NCBI GenBank assembly: GCA_964587725.1
Contig: CAZPLO010000006.1
Span: forward strand, 20,548-68,184
From: an uncultured archaeon
Lineage (GTDB): Archaea; Altiarchaeota; Altiarchaeia; IMC4; SCGC-AAA252-I15
Length of the DNA stretch: 47,637 bases
Direction of reading: 5' to 3'
Positions 43,099-47,637 of this stretch are shown in pieces; position 1 is the first letter of the stretch, and each line of letters opens with the position of its first letter. The notes below the pieces were generated by a model. It saw only the letters and a program-made list of their open reading frames with translations. It did not search any database and had not been told where the DNA came from. The position numbers were made by a program, and so were the translations under genes.

Positions 43099-45858
43099 AT
43101 GAGAACCTTGAAGCGTGTCGGTTCCATCGCCGCAGGCGCTGTATTGCTTGGAGCAGCAGTTTCAGGCGCGGTGTCAGCGGGAATGGACGACACAGGCTTG
43201 ACAAAGGACTTCTTCTACGACGCTGGATACAACCCAATAGTCCAGATTGTCGTGGGAGAGAAGGGAATGGCCACGGACTCTGTTGCAGCGGGCAACATCG
43301 CCGCTGTAATCGGAAACCTGGCATACACCAGCACGGAAGCACCCGTTGGCGGGGGATCCGGCAGCGGAGCAGTCGTGTTGGGTGTGTCGGCTAGAGGCGC
43401 GACAGGTAAGTTCGAACAGGGCATACACACGGCCGGGGGCAACGGAATGCTGATTAACGCAGACCTCGACAACAACAACGTGTATGACTTCTACGACGAC
43501 AACAAAGGTATCTACCTGAACGAGAGCGCACTTAACACGTTACGTGGAACCGCAGGCGTTGAAAGATACGACCGCGGCGAGTTCGTGAGCTACAGCCTCG
43601 CCTGCGACCAGCAGGAGAGGACCGAAGCTGGTATCCTGAAGAAGGGTACGTACAACAACATACACTGTCTCTTCTGTGAGACACTGTGTCTGACGTCTCT
43701 GGAGAACCCGGAGCACGAGATGGAGGAGTCCATATCCGTCGACTTTACGAAGTTCCACTACTACGAAGACGGACTGGGCAAGGACGAAGCCGAAGAGATG
43801 AAGCTGAAGATCGACAGCAAGGCTGTCACCTACATCTTGGACGCCGGCTACATCCCCATGAACAATCTCTACACGGGCTCAGGCACCACACGTGAGGAGA
43901 TAGACTTCGAGTGGAGGGGGCAGTTCATCCTCTTCGGCGAGGAGTACTACACCAAGGATATCAGCGGAACAGACAAGATATACCTGGCTAAGGGCAGAAT
44001 CTTGGACGACATCTCGTCTGAAGGATACACTTCAGAGTACATGGGATACAAGTTCAAGATCGACCACCTGATCTACTCGGAAGAGTATAAGGTAGCAGGT
44101 ATTCTCTTGGACGTTGAGAAGCCCGACGGAACCGTAGTCCAGACCCAGATTTCCAAGATGGCGAACGGCATCGTTGACGACATCGAGATCGCAGGCGTAT
44201 ACGCTGAGGAAGCGGACGCCGTGGCGACCGCGAGCATACTCGTCTACGACACCACAACAAACATCCTCCTGGAAGACGGCAAGGACTTGGAGCTGGGCGG
44301 TGAAGTGAAGAAGTACTGGAAGGTCGATTTGACGACCGCGACAGCCAACGGCACGAGCGTTGACATCTCAGACTACAGTGAAGTCAACAGCGCCGGCATA
44401 GTGTTGTCGAACGTGACCGTACAGTACAGGCACTCCATCGAGTTGGGGATAGACGAGGCCCTGGAGTTCCCGTCAACCTACAAGATAGTGTGGGACGGAT
44501 TCAGGACCAACGACTACTCAGTCAGCCCCTGTTCCGGAGCCGGTGAAGGCGACATAGTGATTGAGCGCGACGAGAAGTACCGCGGCTTAATCAGCTTCAC
44601 AGGCGATGACGGACAAAGGTACAACGGAGTGTACATGGACCAGGGTCCACTGGCAGAAGGCGACATGTTCGTGCTGAACGGAAACGTTTACGAGTACGAC
44701 GACGCCGGCGAACTGTCCACGGAACCCTCCACAATGAGGGTGACGTTGAAGAACCTGCTGAACGGCGGGAAGCAGACATACGCTTTGTCTGCCATAACCA
44801 CCAGCAGCTTCTACGTGTACACATACGCTTTCGAGGAGTCAAGCCAGAACGACGACGACATATTGATAGAGCCTGACACCAACGAAAACGACAGCGACGT
44901 GTACCTGGGAGGTGGACCGAACCAGTACCTGCTGTACGACGCAGGAGACCTGTACCTGGTCAGGAACATGTCAGACGGCACCAGCAGCCAACTAGAGGTT
45001 GACGGTCTGTCCGGGATGAGCATAGGCATAGACCAGTACATCTTCAGCGGAAGCAGCGGTACAGCGACGTTGGACAAGGTCGAGAGAGACGACAACAGAC
45101 TCTACGTCTCCGTGTTGAACGAAGACGGTTCGACCGACACCAACGACGACCGCGACGGCGACGCTACGGACCACCTCGTTGTTCTGAAGAACATCGAGGA
45201 CGAGTACGTGGTTGTCGACTTCTACGACCGGGACTTCAACGACAGCAGCGACACCTACTACAGCGAGAACGTCATCTCGGATGGCGCAGCTCCTGCAGCA
45301 GGTGCCACGTCAGTGGAGTCGAACAAGTGGGACGACGAGGAAGACACCGTCGTCATCACCCCGCAGGGTGGAACGCAGGTGACCATCGACTACGGTGGAA
45401 ACCGTGAGATCGAGTCAGTGACCGTCTGCCAGCCGCAGGACGTTGTCTACGCGACAGTGTTCATCGGCACAGCGGAGCAGGCCACGACCATCGACGCGAC
45501 CATCACCGCGGACGACGAAGGCACTGAGAAGACCGTCGGATGCTGCAGCTACCTGGTTAAGGAGTTCGGCGTCACAACCTCCGGAGCGACAGCGGATTCC
45601 GTCATGGTTAACCCCATAGTCGGAAACCTCGTTGTGCCGGAGATTGCGGCAGACACAACCAAGAACCTGGTCGTCGTGGGCGGACCGTCAGTCAACGGAC
45701 TGTGCGCTCTGACCAAGGACGAGATACAGGCCGCCAGCGGACAGTACGTCGTCAAGAAAGACGGCAGCAAACTGTACGTAGCGGGTTGGACCGCCGCAGA
45801 CACAGTCGACGCAGGGAACGCCCTGATCGCCTGGCTGCAGGACAACGTCCACGCATAA
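43099..45858 (+). CDS. S-layer protein (S_layer_N/S_layer_C type); possible hamus-like subunit
   Basis: MRTLKRVGSIAAGAVLLGAA signal, IVVGEKG.ATDSVAAGNIAA, C-terminal NLVVVGGPSVN...LYVAGWTAADT; very acidic; GAGGTGA SD; strong terminator. Confidence 0.9.
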   Translation: MRTLKRVGSIAAGAVLLGAAVSGAVSAGMDDTGLTKDFFYDAGYNPIVQIVVGEKGMATDSVAAGNIAAVIGNLAYTSTEAPVGGGSGSGAVVLGVSARGATGKFEQGIHTAGGNGMLINADLDNNNVYDFYDDNKGIYLNESALNTLRGTAGVERYDRGEFVSYSLACDQQERTEAGILKKGTYNNIHCLFCETLCLTSLENPEHEMEESISVDFTKFHYYEDGLGKDEAEEMKLKIDSKAVTYILDAGYIPMNNLYTGSGTTREEIDFEWRGQFILFGEEYYTKDISGTDKIYLAKGRILDDISSEGYTSEYMGYKFKIDHLIYSEEYKVAGILLDVEKPDGTVVQTQISKMANGIVDDIEIAGVYAEEADAVATASILVYDTTTNILLEDGKDLELGGEVKKYWKVDLTTATANGTSVDISDYSEVNSAGIVLSNVTVQYRHSIELGIDEALEFPSTYKIVWDGFRTNDYSVSPCSGAGEGDIVIERDEKYRGLISFTGDDGQRYNGVYMDQGPLAEGDMFVLNGNVYEYDDAGELSTEPSTMRVTLKNLLNGGKQTYALSAITTSSFYVYTYAFEESSQNDDDILIEPDTNENDSDVYLGGGPNQYLLYDAGDLYLVRNMSDGTSSQLEVDGLSGMSIGIDQYIFSGSSGTATLDKVERDDNRLYVSVLNEDGSTDTNDDRDGDATDHLVVLKNIEDEYVVVDFYDRDFNDSSDTYYSENVISDGAAPAAGATSVESNKWDDEEDTVVITPQGGTQVTIDYGGNREIESVTVCQPQDVVYATVFIGTAEQATTIDATITADDEGTEKTVGCCSYLVKEFGVTTSGATADSVMVNPIVGNLVVPEIAADTTKNLVVVGGPSVNGLCALTKDEIQAASGQYVVKKDGSKLYVAGWTAADTVDAGNALIAWLQDNVHA

Positions 45859-45870
45859 GTCGTGCGAACG

Positions 45871-45913
45871 TGAACCCCCGGAAACGGGGGTTCAAAACCT
45901 TTTTTTCTTTTTT
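45871..45913 (+). terminator. Hairpin plus poly-T terminator after the S-layer gene
   Basis: TGAACCCCCG-gaaa-CGGGGGTTCA, then AAACC and T7-C-T6. Confidence 0.85.
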
Positions 45914-45960
45914 AACCAGCAGGTGTTTCCACATATATTCTGTCGCTACAATCAATTCAT

Positions 45961-46710
45961 ATGCTGTACCTCATAGGCCTCGGCCTCTATGATGAACGGG
46001 ACCTCACCCGCCGGGCGTTGGATGCGCTGAAGAACGTGGACAGGGTGTATCTGGAGTCGTATACGAGCCGCTACCACGGCAGCCTCGAACGGATTCGGGA
46101 GCTGTGCGGGAAAGACGTGGTTCCCCTGAACAGAAGCGACGTGGAGGAACGCCCCGGCGACAACATACTGGCCGGCGGCGAAGCAGCACTGCTTGTTATG
46201 GGCGACCCCCTGGTGGCGACAACGCACGCGGACATCGTGCTGCGGGCGTGGGAGAAGAACATCAGGGTGAAGGTGATACACAACTCATCCGTGTATTCCG
46301 CGGTAGGGGAGACGGGATTGCAGCTCTACAACTTCGGGAAGACCACCACCATAGCATACCCGGAAGGCGACTACTTCCCGAAGAGCCCGTATGATGCGGT
46401 GAAGGAAAACAGCATGCGGGGCCTCCACACACTCTGCCTATTGGACGTGAAGGCTGAAGAAAACCGTTACATGACCGTCGGCGAAGGCATCAGACTGCTG
46501 CTGCGGATGGAGGAGGAGCTGATACAGAGCCAGTTCACCGGCGAAACCATGTGCGTGGGCGTCGCCAGGCTCGGCGGCGACACCGTCATAAAATACGGTC
46601 CCGCCGAAGAACTGGTTAAGGAGGACTTCGGCGAACCCCCGCACGTGCTGGTCGTGCCTGGGAAACTGCATTTCATGGAAGAGGCTATATTGAAGCAGTT
46701 CCGCGTATAA
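45961..46710 (+). CDS. dph5: Diphthine synthase
   Basis: MLYLIGLGL, LESYTS, GDPLVATTH, GLQLYNFGKT, GLHTLCLLD, PPHVLVVPGKLHFME. Confidence 0.96.
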   Translation: MLYLIGLGLYDERDLTRRALDALKNVDRVYLESYTSRYHGSLERIRELCGKDVVPLNRSDVEERPGDNILAGGEAALLVMGDPLVATTHADIVLRAWEKNIRVKVIHNSSVYSAVGETGLQLYNFGKTTTIAYPEGDYFPKSPYDAVKENSMRGLHTLCLLDVKAEENRYMTVGEGIRLLLRMEEELIQSQFTGETMCVGVARLGGDTVIKYGPAEELVKEDFGEPPHVLVVPGKLHFMEEAILKQFRV

Positions 46711-47422
46711 CTTTTTCCATCACCGCGAGGTTTTGCCGGTTGTCGAAGGCGCCCACGACTGCTTTGAGTTCTTCTTCCCCGAGTCCACGATACTCACGTG
46801 CGTACTCTATCATGTTCGGCAGCGCCCGGACAACATTGTCAACTATGGATATGTCAGCCCGCTGCGCCGCCCTCGACAATGGATTCAGGTCCACTGCAAC
46901 AACCTTCTTCCCCATCGCCGCCAGTTTCTCCGTGCGGTCCCCGTCCTCCAACATCACCAGCACAGTGTCGGCTTCCAGTATCGCCGTGTCGGATTTTCCC
47001 CGTTCACTGTCCAGCCCCGGCACCGTCTTCTCCTCCACCCCCGCACCATATACCTCGTCCGCCCCCGCCTCCAGGAGCACATCCCTTATCTTCACCTCCC
47101 GTTCGGGGGTGCGGTAGAACAGGTTCACCTCTATCCTGGAGTCGGTGGCTTCAGCAAGTTGAACAATCTCCCGGGGGCAGAGTGCGGCGGCGTTCCCGTT
47201 CACCGAAATCGTTGAATTCGTGGCCAGCAGGAGGGCTGCGGCAGCCCGCTCCGCCTCCTCTGCTTGAAAGCAGGTCCGCTCTCCGAGCAAGTAGTCGAAG
47301 GCTTCGCCTCGTCCGTGTGCAACCAACCCAGCATCTGCGACGATGCCGCGTTCGAACCCCTCCGTGAGCCTGTGCCGTAGGTCAAGCGACAGCTTCCGCG
47401 GATGCGACCCAGGAACCCTCAT
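46685..47422 (-). CDS. 4-phosphopantoate--beta-alanine ligase (archaeal phosphopantothenate synthetase)
   Basis: Start set at MRVPGSHPR; GLVAHGRGEAFDYLLGE, ISVNGN, EVNLFYRT, LEDGDR, DLNPLSR. Confidence 0.93.
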   Translation of the reverse strand: MRVPGSHPRKLSLDLRHRLTEGFERGIVADAGLVAHGRGEAFDYLLGERTCFQAEEAERAAAALLLATNSTISVNGNAAALCPREIVQLAEATDSRIEVNLFYRTPEREVKIRDVLLEAGADEVYGAGVEEKTVPGLDSERGKSDTAILEADTVLVMLEDGDRTEKLAAMGKKVVAVDLNPLSRAAQRADISIVDNVVRALPNMIEYAREYRGLGEEELKAVVGAFDNRQNLAVMEKVIRGTASI

Positions 47423-47426
47423 AACG

Positions 47427-47434
47427 CTTATATA
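47427..47434 (+). promoter_or_regulatory. TATA box of the 5S rRNA gene
   Basis: CTTATATA ends 24 nt before the predicted 5S 5' end. Confidence 0.6.
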
Positions 47435-47457
47435 TGGCGGTGCCGTAATAATAAACC

Positions 47458-47574
47458 GGTCAACGGCCACAGCGGAGGGGCCACACCTGCACTCATCCCG
47501 AACGCAGAAGTTAAGCCCTCCAGCGATCGAGACGGTACTGCATAACATGCGGGAACTCTCGGACGCTGTTGACC
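47458..47574 (+). rRNA. rrf: 5S ribosomal RNA
   Basis: Terminal helix GGTCAACGGC/GCTGTTGACC; GCGGAGGG/CCCTCCAGC; conserved CATCCCGAAC and GAAGTTAAGC; loop E GGTA/GAA; 117 nt. Confidence 0.95.
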
Positions 47575-47587
47575 ACAACCTTTAAAT

Positions 47588-47618
47588 AAATATCCGGGGC
47601 ATGAATGCCCCGGTATTT
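47588..47618. repeat. GC-rich palindrome downstream of the 5S rRNA gene
   Basis: AAATA-t-CCGGGGCA-tgaa-TGCCCCGG-TATTT. Confidence 0.7.
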
Positions 47619-47637
47619 TAGGTTAGATACTTTGTTA

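Noticed and set aside
42953-43342. Minus-strand ORFs across the S-layer promoter and leader
   Set aside because: They overlap the S-layer start and regulatory elements and have no protein-like features.
45860-45900. GGGGGTTCAAAACC resembling a tRNA T-arm
   Set aside because: No cloverleaf can be built; it is the 3' arm of the terminator hairpin.
47343-47585. 80 aa ORF on the + strand and a 52 aa extension of phosphopantothenate synthetase
   Set aside because: Both run across the 5S rRNA gene.

Overview
A densely coding, GC-rich stretch of archaeal chromosome. Archaeal markers include Hel308, archaeosine TGT, RfcL, Dph5, archaeal-type PGK, phosphopantothenate synthetase, a class III signal-peptide pilin and an S-layer-type protein. 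The gene mix (S_layer_N/C-type ~920 aa surface protein, Thr-rich Cys-rich secreted proteins, MptE, class II HMG-CoA reductase) tentatively suggests Altiarchaeota or a DPANN-related lineage; this is inference only. The window holds about 55 CDS. It starts with a type IV pilus locus (ATPase, two TadC-like proteins, pilin) and two KaiC-like ATPases. Housekeeping, cofactor, lipid and tRNA-modification genes follow, then an AT-rich ~1.2 kb two-gene insert, a membrane-anchored HTH regulator in front of the S-layer gene, and a stand-alone 5S rRNA. I saw no tRNA, CRISPR array, integrase or transposase. The best leads are: (1) a SAMHD1-like HD protein ending in a PIP-box-like motif, head-to-head with an RfcL that lacks one; (2) a regulator, direct-repeat, structured-leader and S-layer (possibly hamus-like) module; (3) a KaiC plus PH-TM-inactive-ATPase signalling pair; (4) a pilus ATPase with three tandem winged-helix-like repeats; (5) a small Lys-rich/Cys-cluster/Asp-Tyr protein; (6) the AT-rich insert. 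All protein calls come from motif recognition by eye; no database searches were run.
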